Origin: Ignavibacteriales bacterium
GTDB taxonomy: Bacteria > Bacteroidota > Ignavibacteria > UBA10030 > UBA6906
Direction: 5' to 3'
Length of the DNA: 64,000 bases
Assembly (NCBI GenBank): GCA_037441705.1
Contig: JBBIRR010000020.1
Span: forward strand, 1-64,000
The notes under the pieces are model-generated. The model saw only the letters and a program-made list of their open reading frames with translations, was not told the DNA's origin and searched no databases. The stretch's first letter is position 1. Each line of letters starts with the position of its first letter. Shown here piece by piece: positions 1 to 9,824 of this stretch. Both the position numbers and the translations under genes were made by a program.

Positions 1-447
1 TCGACGGAGCTTCTGCGCCACAAGCGCATCACCACAACGGTGGCGAAGGCCAAAGAGACGCGGACGGTGGTCGAGAAGTTGATCACGCGCGCGAAGAATG
101 CCGCCGCGCGCACCGACGCGCCCGCGGTTGCCGTCCACGCCCGCCGGGAGGTTGCACGCCTGATCAAAGATCGTGCGGTGGTCAAGGAGCTTTTTACCAC
201 GATTGCCGAGAAAGTCGCCGCCCGCCCCGGAGGGTACACGCGTATTGTCAAATTGGGCCAGCGCAAGGGCGACGGCGCGGAGCTTGCCGTGCTCGAGCTG
301 GTTGATTTCAACACGGGGCAAGAAATCTCCGGCAAACTCCAGACGGAGAAAAAGGTCAAAGCTACGACTCCGAAGAAGGCAAAAGACAAGCAAGCGACCG
401 AACAGAAGGCCGCAGAAGCGCCCGCGCGAGTAACGGCGGGCGCATAA
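1..447 (+). CDS. rplQ: 50S ribosomal protein L17 (5' truncated by window edge), with Lys/Ala-rich C-terminal tail
   Basis: Frame 1 is open from base 1: STELLRHKRITTTVAKAKE...RPGGYTRIVKLGQRKGDGAELAVLELVD, the L17 signature. Confidence 0.97.
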   Translation, partial: STELLRHKRITTTVAKAKETRTVVEKLITRAKNAAARTDAPAVAVHARREVARLIKDRAVVKELFTTIAEKVAARPGGYTRIVKLGQRKGDGAELAVLELVDFNTGQEISGKLQTEKKVKATTPKKAKDKQATEQKAAEAPARVTAGA

Positions 448-498
448 CACCACGTGATGAGGATGCCCTCACGGCTTCCTGTGTTACCCGTACGCTGT

Positions 499-1095
499 AT
501 GAAGATCACATCAGCAGAGTTTCTCTTGAGTGCAACATCGCTGGGGCAGCTTCCGAAAGATCAGTACCGCGAAGTTGCGTTCCTCGGTCGTTCGAACGTC
601 GGGAAATCCTCTCTCATCAATAAGCTGGTCAATCGCAAGTCTCTTGCCCGCTCCAGTTCGGTGCCGGGCAAGACGCGCGAGCTGAACTACTATTTCATCA
701 ACAAGCAATACTATTTTGTTGATCTGCCCGGCTACGGCTACGCGAAGTTGCCCGAGCAGATCCGCTCCAGCTGGGGAAAGCTGATCGAAGAGTATTTGAA
801 GGAGCGCAAAGGCCTCTCGCTCGTGGTCCAGCTGATTGATTCGCGACATGAACCCAGCGAGCTTGATCTGATGATGGTAGGATGGCTGGACTACTACGAC
901 ATCCCGTTTGTTGTGGTGATGACCAAAGCCGACAAACTCCCGCGCAGCAAAATGCCGATGTACGTCCGCAACGTGGAGATCGCCTTCCAGAAGTTTTCCT
1001 TGTGTCGCGGCGTCATTCCTTTCTCTTCCGTGACGGGTGAAGGCAGGCCCGAATTGCTTGGCATTATCGAGGAACATCTGACTGCGCCCGACTGA
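499..1095 (+). CDS. engB: Ribosome biogenesis GTPase YihA/YsxC
   Basis: G1 GRSNVGKSS, G2 PGKT, G3 DLPGYGY, G4 TKADK; start MKITSAEF at 499. Confidence 0.96.
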   Translation: MKITSAEFLLSATSLGQLPKDQYREVAFLGRSNVGKSSLINKLVNRKSLARSSSVPGKTRELNYYFINKQYYFVDLPGYGYAKLPEQIRSSWGKLIEEYLKERKGLSLVVQLIDSRHEPSELDLMMVGWLDYYDIPFVVVMTKADKLPRSKMPMYVRNVEIAFQKFSLCRGVIPFSSVTGEGRPELLGIIEEHLTAPD

Positions 1096-1135
1096 TCGGG
1101 CCTTCTCCGCCGCACACAGAGTATCCTGCTTGCCT

Positions 1136-1299
1136 CGCGTTGTTCGCGTTTTTCCTTCCTCGCCAGTATCTTTCATTCGTTGAGCCGTAACCGCCGGACG
1201 GTGCCGGTGTGCCCGCGCGTTGTTCGCGTTTTTCCTTCCTCGCCAGTATCTTTCATTCGTTGAGCCGTAACCGCCGGACGGTGCCGGTGTGCCCGCGCG
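1136..1299. repeat. Exact 80-bp tandem duplication (intergenic)
   Basis: cgcgttgttcgcgtttttccttcc...gtgcccgcgcg occurs twice with period 80. Confidence 0.95.
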
Positions 1300-1498
1300 A
1301 ACTATAGACTTCATCCCAGTTCGTTGGCTGGTGCCTCATGTGCTGTTTCATACATCAAACTCCTCATCATACATTGGGCGACTCTACAACGGTTGCTTCC
1401 ATGCGTGATTCTCAAATTCGTTTTTGCTACATTGCTCTCGGTTGACTCCTCTACAGCAAACACGTTCGTACCTTCACATTTAGAAAGCGAGTATCGTC

Positions 1499-2638
1499 AT
1501 GAAAAAACGCCTCTTCACACCCGGTCCCACGCCGGTTCCGGAAACTGTTATGCTCAGGATGGCTGAACCGATCATCCATCATCGCAATCCCGAGTTCAAC
1601 GAAGTGTTGACACGCGTGAATGCGAATCTGAAGTATCTGTTTCAAACGCAGCAGCCCGTTCTTACGCTTACGTGCTCGGGCACGGGCGGCGTTGAATCCA
1701 CGTTCGTGAGTTTGTTTTCGCCTGGTGACACCGTCATTTCCGTCAATGGAGGAAAATTCGGCGAACGCTGGGTGAAGATGCCCCGGGCATTGGGAATGAA
1801 TGCCGTCGAAATCAAAACGGACTGGGGGAAAGCTCCGACGCCCGAGCAGATTCTCGGCGCGCTGAAAGCCCATCCCGAAGCGAAAGCCGTGTATCTTGTG
1901 CACAGCGAGACCTCCACCGGCACCGCAACGGACGTCAAAGCGATGGCAAAATTGATTCGTGAGAACTCAAACGCGCTGGTGTGTGTGGATGGCATCACCG
2001 CTGTCGGTGCGCACGAACTTCGCTTCGATGAATGGGGCATTGATGTGTGCGTGACCGGTTCGCAAAAGGGGTTGATGATTCCGCCGGGCCTTGCATTTGT
2101 TGCCCTCAGCCAGCGCGCCATCGCGATGATGGAAACGTCGAAGATGCCCAAATTCTACTTCGACCTGCGTAAAGCCTTGAAGTCGTACGCCGACAATGAT
2201 ACGCCCTTCACGCCCGCGGTCTCGCTCATCATCGGCGTCGATCTCGCGCTCCAGATGATCAAAGCCGAAGGAATCGAGAATGTGTGGCGGCGGCACGAAC
2301 GTCTGGCGACTGCGCTGCGTGCCGGCATCCAGGCGCTTGGCCTCAAGCTCTTCTCCGATTCTCCGTCCTATGCGGTCACACCCGTGTGGGTGCCTGAAGG
2401 CGTTGCGTGGAAGTCGTTCAACAAGATCCTCAAAGGAGAGATCGGCATCACGATTGCAGGCGGTCAGGATGATTACAAGGATCGGATTTTCCGCGTTTCC
2501 CATCTCGGGTACTACGACGAGTTGGATATGATCGCGTTTGTCGGCGCGCTCGAGCGGACACTTTCCGCCGTCGGATACAAGTTCAGCGTGGGCGCGGGTC
2601 TCGCGGCAACGCAGAAGGCATTTCTTACGATGGACTGA
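1499..2638 (+). CDS. Class V PLP aminotransferase (alanine-glyoxylate/serine-pyruvate aminotransferase family)
   Basis: LFTPGPTPVP start, VHSETSTG, VDGIT, GSQKGLMIPPG (PLP lysine), FRVSHLG. Confidence 0.93.
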   Translation: MKKRLFTPGPTPVPETVMLRMAEPIIHHRNPEFNEVLTRVNANLKYLFQTQQPVLTLTCSGTGGVESTFVSLFSPGDTVISVNGGKFGERWVKMPRALGMNAVEIKTDWGKAPTPEQILGALKAHPEAKAVYLVHSETSTGTATDVKAMAKLIRENSNALVCVDGITAVGAHELRFDEWGIDVCVTGSQKGLMIPPGLAFVALSQRAIAMMETSKMPKFYFDLRKALKSYADNDTPFTPAVSLIIGVDLALQMIKAEGIENVWRRHERLATALRAGIQALGLKLFSDSPSYAVTPVWVPEGVAWKSFNKILKGEIGITIAGGQDDYKDRIFRVSHLGYYDELDMIAFVGALERTLSAVGYKFSVGAGLAATQKAFLTMD

Positions 2639-2697
2639 AATCGTAGATGACGCCGGGGGCCGCGTGCCCCCGGATTTGTTTCCCTTCCTTCAGAGGT

Positions 2698-4281
2698 ATG
2701 ATGAAAGTTCTGGTGAGCGACCAGCTCGAACAGAGCGGCATAGATATTCTCGTCGGTGAGGGTTTTGACGTGGAGAACAGACCCGGCATCGCCGCCGGGG
2801 AATTGCAGCAGATCATCGGCGAGTACGATGCGCTTATTGTTCGCAGCGCCACGAAAGTGACCGTCGACCTGCTTGCATGCGCCACGCGACTCAAAGTGGT
2901 TGGTCGGGCGGGCACCGGTGTTGACAACATCGATGTTCCCGCGGCAACGCGCAAAGGCGTGTTGGTGATGAACACGCCCGGAGGAAACACCATCTCTGCG
3001 GCCGAGCATACCGTCTCCATGCTGCTGGCGCTTGCGCGCAACATTCCGCATGCACACGCCAGCGTTGCAGCAGGAAAGTGGGAGAGGAAGAAGTACACCG
3101 GTGTCGAGCTTTTCGAGAAGACTCTCGGCGTTGTGGGGTTGGGCAAGATCGGCCGCGAGGTGGCGAGCCGCTGCCAGGCGTTCGGCATGAAGGTGATCGG
3201 GTACGATCCCGTCCTCTCCACCGAAGTTGCTGCCAAGCTGGACATCGAGTTGGTGAGTTTGGAAGAATTGTACCGGCGTTCGGACTTCATCACGCTGCAT
3301 ACGCCGCTGACGAACGAAACCAAGGGCTTGCTGAACGATGAGACGTTTGCCAGATGTAAGCGCGGTGTGCGCGTGGTAAACTGCGCTCGCGGCGGCATCA
3401 TTGACGAAGCAGCGTTGGTTCGTGCGCTGGAATCCGGGCAGGTGGGCGGTGCAGCGCTGGATGTGTTCGAGGAGGAGCCGCCAAAGAATGTCGCGTTGCT
3501 CCAGCACCCGCGCGTGGTTGTAACACCGCATCTTGGCGCTTCGACCGAAGAAGCGCAGGAGAAAGTCGCTGTCCAGATCGCCCACCAGATCGCCGACGCA
3601 TTGAAAGGTCGCGGCTATGCAGGTCTCGTCAACGGCGAAGCGCTGCAGTTGACGATGAACGAAGAACTCCGTCCGTATGCGACGCTTGCTGAGAAGCTCG
3701 GCAGGCTTGCCGCGCAGTTGAGCACGGGGAAGGTCGAAGGGCTTACGGTGTGCGCCGCCGGCGAACGTGCCCTCGCTGCCCTTGCTCTGGCAAAGACCGG
3801 CGTGTTGAAAGGTTTGCTCTCCCATGTCCTGCCCGAGCCGGTCAATTTCGTCAACGCTCCACTGTATGCAGAGGAGATGGGCCTTATGGTGAGTGAAGAA
3901 CGTGACGCTGCCGCCGACAATTTTACCAATCTTCTGCGCCTGCGCTATCGCACAGACGGACGAGAGCGCGAATTAGCCGGCACAGTGTACGAACCGTCGG
4001 TGATTCGTCTTGTCAAACTCGATGGCTTTCGGTTCGAGGTGAATCCTGAAGGGGTTCTTCTCATCTACAATAATGTTGACAGGCCGGGAATGCTTGCCCG
4101 TGTCGGCGCGATACTGGGACGGCATAACGTGAACATCGGGGCTGCTTCGCTCAGCAGAACAGCAGCCGGTCAGAGCGCGTTGACCGTTATGAACATTGAT
4201 AGCGAGATTCCAACGACAGCATTGAATGAACTCGTACGTCAAGAAGGAATCACGAACGTTCGTGTTGTTCGGCTGGACTGA
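2698..4281 (+). CDS. serA: D-3-phosphoglycerate dehydrogenase (long type with C-terminal ACT domain)
   Basis: VRSATKV, GRAGTGVDNID, GLGKIG, NCARGGI, TPHLGAST; ACT motif NVDRPGMLARVG. Confidence 0.96.
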   Translation: MMKVLVSDQLEQSGIDILVGEGFDVENRPGIAAGELQQIIGEYDALIVRSATKVTVDLLACATRLKVVGRAGTGVDNIDVPAATRKGVLVMNTPGGNTISAAEHTVSMLLALARNIPHAHASVAAGKWERKKYTGVELFEKTLGVVGLGKIGREVASRCQAFGMKVIGYDPVLSTEVAAKLDIELVSLEELYRRSDFITLHTPLTNETKGLLNDETFARCKRGVRVVNCARGGIIDEAALVRALESGQVGGAALDVFEEEPPKNVALLQHPRVVVTPHLGASTEEAQEKVAVQIAHQIADALKGRGYAGLVNGEALQLTMNEELRPYATLAEKLGRLAAQLSTGKVEGLTVCAAGERALAALALAKTGVLKGLLSHVLPEPVNFVNAPLYAEEMGLMVSEERDAAADNFTNLLRLRYRTDGRERELAGTVYEPSVIRLVKLDGFRFEVNPEGVLLIYNNVDRPGMLARVGAILGRHNVNIGAASLSRTAAGQSALTVMNIDSEIPTTALNELVRQEGITNVRVVRLD

Positions 4282-4336
4282 ACAGGCCGAGTTTCTTTCA
4301 CTTTAGCTGAATTAGTGAAAAAACTTGAGGGAGTAC

Positions 4337-4365
4337 TTGACAAATATGCCCTCTGTATTTATATT
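4337..4365 (+). promoter_or_regulatory. Sigma70-type promoter upstream of the CHRD lipoprotein/TBDR unit
   Basis: TTGACA-N17-TATATT, near consensus. Confidence 0.7.
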
Positions 4366-4776
4366 GGGTCGTGACAATTGCCTATCTGACTGTCCGAATC
4401 CCCTACATCAAATAGAGGAGGTCATCGCTCAACATTTTGTTACTGCTTCCACAACCCTTACCAAACAAAAACCAATAGTACTGAAAAGCTTTACGAGCGC
4501 TGCGCGCAACTGGTCGCGAGAGTAATTCACCAACAACTCTCCGCGCGCACACCACACACCATCGCGCTCATCTACCGAAATGACAACGCATCGCAGTGTT
4601 GTTTCGGGTTTTACTCTCTGCAACGTACATAGCAACATTCTGAGGATTAGTGCTTGAAGGCGAGTCCGTGCAGAATGCTGAAAGTGGTTTCACACAATTA
4701 CGTTCTCCGGTGAGGTGTAAACCGAGAACGGTCGTTTCTTGTAACTCATCCATCCATAAAATAGGAGAACACTGCA

Positions 4777-6669
4777 ATGAGTTTGAGAAAGCTTTTCCTT
4801 GCGCTCGGCCTCTTGCTACTTGTGGGAGTGTGGGGAGCTTGTGTTGATATTCCCAGCGGCCCGGGAACGGACGTGGCGTTGAACTTCCGTTCACTGGTGC
4901 GCTTCCTGCACGCTGTAGCGGGTGCGCCTGCAGGGGATGTCAAAGTTGATGGAGCAACGGTGGCCAACGTGTCGTTCGGCAATCCAAGCGCTTACATTGA
5001 CATCGCTTCCGGAAGCCGCTCGGTAGCGTTTGGGTCGAATGCTGCCCAAACGATATCGTTTGCCTCCGAGCAGCAGAGCACGCTTGTGATTTACGGACCG
5101 AACGGCTCGCTGCTTCTGAACCTCAATGAAGGATACAGCAACAAGAATAACGCCTTCCGCAACAAACCCAATATCAGATTCATCAACGTCGCAACCGGCG
5201 GCGCAGCCTCTGTTGTTTTCCGCAGGGATTCTGCCCGCCTCAACACGCAGGTTCCCAATACCCTCAAAACCGCCGGCTATGGAAGCGCTGCCGCGTATGA
5301 CACCTCGCAGCCTGCTGGTTCCATGACGGTCTATGCAATCTCCAACGGCGGGTACAAGACAACGATTGCCGGCAGCAATGAGGTTCCCCCTGTCACTTCT
5401 GCAACAACAGGAACGGGAACGATTGATCTGTCTGTCGATGGTGGGCTTGTGATCAACGCAACGGTACGCTCCAAGAATTCGGAAGGTTTCTTTACCGCGG
5501 CACACCTGCACAATGGAGCCGCTGGTACAAACGGCCCCGTGTTATATCCCATCTCGGTCCGCAATCAGGTAATGTCGTTTGACACAATCCGCCTGAGTGG
5601 CGCTAATGAAGTCCCGCCGGTCACAACCAGTGCAACTGGAAAAGTCGTGCTGACGGTTACGAACGATTCAACCTCCACCACGGGTGCGTCCTACACGGTT
5701 ACCACAGTGACGCCCACCTCGATGGGGTTCTTCACAGGCGCCCATATTCACAACGGGGCCGCAGGAGTGAATGGACCGATTGTGCATACGATCAATGTCG
5801 CAAAGCAGACGATCAGCTTCCCTGTGATAATGGCGACGGGGCAAAACACCACGGCGAACGCCACGTGCAATTTCACGCTCTATCGCGACTCGCTGGTCTA
5901 CTCCATTCGCGTGCGTCGTGATTTGTTCGACACGACATTCACCGCCGCACACTTCCACCTCGCTGCAACCGGACTGATCGTAAAGGATATTCGGACGACC
6001 TCCTGGAGTGATACCGCACGAACGCTTGCCGGGACGTGGAAGCGCACCGATACCACACAGGCTCTGACGGATGCCCTTATCGATTCGATTCGTCTGGGAA
6101 GGGTGTATGTCAACTTCCACAGTGTGGGCAGGCCGCTTGGATTGATTCGGGCGGACCTTATCCCCAATGCCACGCATACAAACACATTCACAGGGCGCTT
6201 CACCGGAACGACATTCCACAACTTCAAGGATGAGTTTGCGTTCAGCCGTATGTACTTTAACTTCCATACCACGGCTAATCCGGGTGGCGAAATCCGTGGG
6301 CAGGCCGTCCCTGATGAGTTCACGACGAACGACTACTCTGCAACGATCAGTGGTGTTCCTCCGGACAGCATCGGGCGCCTGCTGAATGAGCGGAACGTCT
6401 ATTTCAATTTCCATACGAATCAGTTCCCCAACGGTCTGGTCCGGGGACAGGTCGAGATCGATTCGACGAAAGGTCAGTACGCCGTTGCAAGTCAGACGTT
6501 CAACTTTGAAAACGGAAAGATGTACACCATTCTTGCCGTTGGCGCTGGCCCGACCTTCCAGCTCATCAAGCTCGATGACCGGCAGGGTGCCGCTCCGTCA
6601 CCTGCGCCCACTCCTGTACAGGACAAACGCGCGGAGACGCGGAAGCAGCAAATCAAAGCGAACGACTAA
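4777..6669 (+). CDS. Lipoprotein with two DUF4397-like domains and three nested CHRD domains
   Basis: RBS AGGAG; lipobox VWGAC (Cys22); VRFLHA...DVKVDG (DUF4397-like); CHRD motifs GxNEVPPV, AHxHxGxxGxNGP, YxNFH...GEIRGQ. Confidence 0.85.
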   Translation: MSLRKLFLALGLLLLVGVWGACVDIPSGPGTDVALNFRSLVRFLHAVAGAPAGDVKVDGATVANVSFGNPSAYIDIASGSRSVAFGSNAAQTISFASEQQSTLVIYGPNGSLLLNLNEGYSNKNNAFRNKPNIRFINVATGGAASVVFRRDSARLNTQVPNTLKTAGYGSAAAYDTSQPAGSMTVYAISNGGYKTTIAGSNEVPPVTSATTGTGTIDLSVDGGLVINATVRSKNSEGFFTAAHLHNGAAGTNGPVLYPISVRNQVMSFDTIRLSGANEVPPVTTSATGKVVLTVTNDSTSTTGASYTVTTVTPTSMGFFTGAHIHNGAAGVNGPIVHTINVAKQTISFPVIMATGQNTTANATCNFTLYRDSLVYSIRVRRDLFDTTFTAAHFHLAATGLIVKDIRTTSWSDTARTLAGTWKRTDTTQALTDALIDSIRLGRVYVNFHSVGRPLGLIRADLIPNATHTNTFTGRFTGTTFHNFKDEFAFSRMYFNFHTTANPGGEIRGQAVPDEFTTNDYSATISGVPPDSIGRLLNERNVYFNFHTNQFPNGLVRGQVEIDSTKGQYAVASQTFNFENGKMYTILAVGAGPTFQLIKLDDRQGAAPSPAPTPVQDKRAETRKQQIKAND

Positions 6670-6828
6670 CGCTTTTTATGGTGTCGAATTCAAACATAAC
6701 AGCCCCAAACTAATTGGAGGATACTATGAGTAAGAAGTTCGTTGAACGACTAACGCTTTTTATGGTGTCGAATTCAAACATAACAGCCCCAAACTAATTG
6801 GAGGATACTATGAGTAAGAAGTTCGTTG
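6660..6828. repeat. Exact 84-bp tandem duplication spanning the upstream stop codon, RBS and first codons of the TBDR
   Basis: gaacgactaacgc...ggaggatactatgagtaagaagttcgtt occurs twice with period 84. Confidence 0.95.
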
Positions 6829-9824
6829 CAATCCTCTCTCTGTTGCTCTTGCCGGCGCTGCTCTATGCAGCCGTCACCGGCAAGATCAGAGGGAAGGTGA
6901 TTGACAGAGAAACCAAAGAAGCGTTGGTGGGCGCCAACGTGGCGGTTGAAGGAACGAGCTATGGTGCCCGCACCGACGTGGATGGTGAATACACGATCCT
7001 GAATGTTCCTGTCGGCGTGTACTCTGTCAGAGCAAGCTTTGTCGGCTACGCGGCGACAGTTGTGTCGAACGTGCGCGTGAGCGCTGACCTGACGACCGAG
7101 TTGAACTTTTCGCTTGCACCTGAGGCGGTTCAAATCGGCGCCATTGAAATCACCGCCGAGCGACCTCTTGTCAATAAGAGTGCGACAAATGCTGTTCGCA
7201 TTGTGAGCGGAGATGAACTCACCAACATCCCCCTGCGTGGCGTAGGCGCTGTTGTTGCCCTCCAGGCAGGCATTGTGCAGCAGGGCGGTGAGTTGTTCAT
7301 TCGCGGAGGCCGTCTGGATGAAGTTGGCTACTATATTGATGGTGCAGATGCGCGTGATGCACGTACGAACCGCCCGGCACTACAGATCGTTCCTGAAGCA
7401 CTCGAGGAATTCCAGGTACAGGCCGGCGGCTACAATGCCGAATTTGGCGGTGCAAACGCCGGGATTGTGCGCCAGCAATTGAAAACAGGTGGCAGCAAAT
7501 ACTCTGCCTCGCTGCGTGTCGAGACCGATGATTTCGTCTCGCGCGGAGAGAAGCTCTTGGGCGGCTATAGCTACGGTTATACCGACTACACAGCGACATT
7601 CTCCGGTCCGATTACGGATAACATAAAATTCTTCCTCGCCGGACAGAACACGTTCCAGGCCGACCCCACGGCAGCATATTGGAGCGGTTTCCGGTTCGAT
7701 GATCTTGTCGAAGACGTTGCAGGAAGTAATCGCAACCCGAACAATCCGATTGTCACCGACCCGAACAGCCCCTACTTCGGCCTCAGCGTACCGGATACTA
7801 TTGACCTTGTGGTATTGCCGGGTAATGTTCCGGGCAGGAAGTTGCAGTACTGGGCAGGGAACGGTACACTCACCTTCGACTACAACCCGATCATCGTGCG
7901 CCTGAGTGCGTCGCTGAACCTCTCGAAGGGGTTGTTCAACCCAACACCCATTCGCAACATCTTCAACCACCAGCGGTTGCTGAACGAGCAGGCAAGCACG
8001 GGTCTGTACAGCGCGAAGCTGACCCACTTTATCCAGCCGCAGACGTACTACGATCTCACGTTCAGCTACTGGGATTCGCGATTCAAGCGCTTTGACCCTG
8101 TCTTCAAGGATGATTATATGAAGTACGGGGACAGCGTTGCGGCAGCTCAGGCCGGTCTGCCTACCTACTTCAGCCGATGGGAATCCCCGCGCGATCTGCG
8201 TACGAACGGCTTCCCCTTCACCCGGCCGGGGGCGTTGATGGGCGGATACACGAAGAGGAAGCAGTATTACTGGAGTGGCCAAATCGACGTTACACACCAG
8301 CTCACCGAACACGAGTTGAAGGCTGGATTCTCGTACCGCCAGTACAAGATTCGGAACTATTTCATCGGCAGTTTGCAATCGCTGCTGGCTCAGTTGCTGT
8401 CGAACCCTGATGCAGCCCGCAACGGCGGTCCCGATCGTGACCTGCTCTGGCGTTCCACCGGTGTGCCGGCCAACTTTGGTTACGACATCTATGGGAACGA
8501 GTATGACGGCGGCGGATTGGATCGAGCGCGCGAACCGAAGTTCATTTCGGCGTACATTCAGGACAAATTCGAGGTGAACGACCTGGTGATCAATGCAGGC
8601 TTGCGCTTCGATTCGTTCGACATGGATCAATACCGGTTCAAGGACCCGAGCAGACCGCCGTACGATCAGGCAAACTTCACGCTGTTCGAAAACGGAACGG
8701 AGAAGGTTGCTTCGTTCAAGACGGTCAGTCCGCGCCTGGGCTTCTCCTTCCCGGTAACCGACCGGACGGTGTTCCATGTGCAGTACGGCAAATTCGTCCA
8801 GGCTCCGCAACTGGATAATATCTACACCAGCACATCGCGCTTCGCACTGTTCCTGTCGGGCCGGAACTTCATCCCGAACCCTGTCGGTCTGGCACTCGAG
8901 CCGATTCGCACCACGCAGTATGAGATCGGCTTCACGCAGCAGTTTACCGACAATGCTTCGTTTGATATCACGACCTTCTACAAGGATATCAAAGGGCAGA
9001 TTCAGTACGAAGCTGTCGTGGCATCGCCGGCAACGTATAACGTTCTCGTCAACGGCGACTATGCGACGACGAAGGGTGTCGAGTTGACGGTTCGGTTGCG
9101 TCGAACCAATCGGGTGCAGGCAGCACTGAACTATACGCTTTCTGATGCTCAGGGTACCGGTTCCAGCCGCATGAGCACGATTTCCTCCGTGCAGGCCGGA
9201 CCGGAGCGTCCGTTGATCATTGCACCGCTGCAGTTCAACCAGACCCATCGAGGCTCCATCAACCTTGATTATCGGTTTGGCAAGGACGACGGTGGACCGA
9301 TTCTCGAGCGGCTTGGCGCCAACCTGCTGTTCACATTCAATAGCGGACACGCATACACCAAGGCGCTGTTCAGCAGCGGCGGCGGCCAGCGTGGACCGGA
9401 GGAGGCTGGTATTCTGGCCGACGACGATCCTCGTCCCCGCAGACCCGAAGGCGCGCTCAATTCTTCCACGACGCCCTGGGTGTTCCAGCTTGACCTGCGT
9501 ATTGATAAGACCGTGAATATTGCCGGGTTGTTCGATGTCAACTTCTACGTGTACGTGCAGAATCTGCTCGACACGAAGAACGTCTACAACGTGTACAGCC
9601 GAACGGGCAATGCTGAGGATGATGGTTTCCTGACCAATCCTAACTTGAGCAGCGCGATCATTGCCAACAACGGTCCGCGCTACGTGGATTTGTATCGTGC
9701 CATCAACCTCCAGAACCGGCAGCACTACTGGGCCAATCAGCTGGATCCGAACAATGAGTTTGGCGGCGGCGATCTGTTCGGTCCCCCGCGCCAGATTCGG
9801 TTCGGATTGAACATCACTTACTAA
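6810..9824 (+). CDS. TonB-dependent receptor with N-terminal carboxypeptidase-regulatory-like domain
   Basis: Signal peptide; GKIRGKVID...GANV...TDVDGEY; plug IRGGRLDEVGYYIDG and GGYNAEFGGA; barrel SPRLGFSFP; C-terminus PRQIRFGLNITY. Confidence 0.93.
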   Translation: MSKKFVAILSLLLLPALLYAAVTGKIRGKVIDRETKEALVGANVAVEGTSYGARTDVDGEYTILNVPVGVYSVRASFVGYAATVVSNVRVSADLTTELNFSLAPEAVQIGAIEITAERPLVNKSATNAVRIVSGDELTNIPLRGVGAVVALQAGIVQQGGELFIRGGRLDEVGYYIDGADARDARTNRPALQIVPEALEEFQVQAGGYNAEFGGANAGIVRQQLKTGGSKYSASLRVETDDFVSRGEKLLGGYSYGYTDYTATFSGPITDNIKFFLAGQNTFQADPTAAYWSGFRFDDLVEDVAGSNRNPNNPIVTDPNSPYFGLSVPDTIDLVVLPGNVPGRKLQYWAGNGTLTFDYNPIIVRLSASLNLSKGLFNPTPIRNIFNHQRLLNEQASTGLYSAKLTHFIQPQTYYDLTFSYWDSRFKRFDPVFKDDYMKYGDSVAAAQAGLPTYFSRWESPRDLRTNGFPFTRPGALMGGYTKRKQYYWSGQIDVTHQLTEHELKAGFSYRQYKIRNYFIGSLQSLLAQLLSNPDAARNGGPDRDLLWRSTGVPANFGYDIYGNEYDGGGLDRAREPKFISAYIQDKFEVNDLVINAGLRFDSFDMDQYRFKDPSRPPYDQANFTLFENGTEKVASFKTVSPRLGFSFPVTDRTVFHVQYGKFVQAPQLDNIYTSTSRFALFLSGRNFIPNPVGLALEPIRTTQYEIGFTQQFTDNASFDITTFYKDIKGQIQYEAVVASPATYNVLVNGDYATTKGVELTVRLRRTNRVQAALNYTLSDAQGTGSSRMSTISSVQAGPERPLIIAPLQFNQTHRGSINLDYRFGKDDGGPILERLGANLLFTFNSGHAYTKALFSSGGGQRGPEEAGILADDDPRPRRPEGALNSSTTPWVFQLDLRIDKTVNIAGLFDVNFYVYVQNLLDTKNVYNVYSRTGNAEDDGFLTNPNLSSAIIANNGPRYVDLYRAINLQNRQHYWANQLDPNNEFGGGDLFGPPRQIRFGLNITY

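Noticed and set aside
511-1314. 267-aa minus-strand ORF crossing the 80-bp duplication
   Set aside because: Antisense to engB and runs through a probable artefactual duplication
4325-4525. 66-aa ORF in the serA-lipoprotein intergenic region
   Set aside because: Overlaps the predicted promoter, lacks a well-spaced RBS/start pair and has no recognisable features
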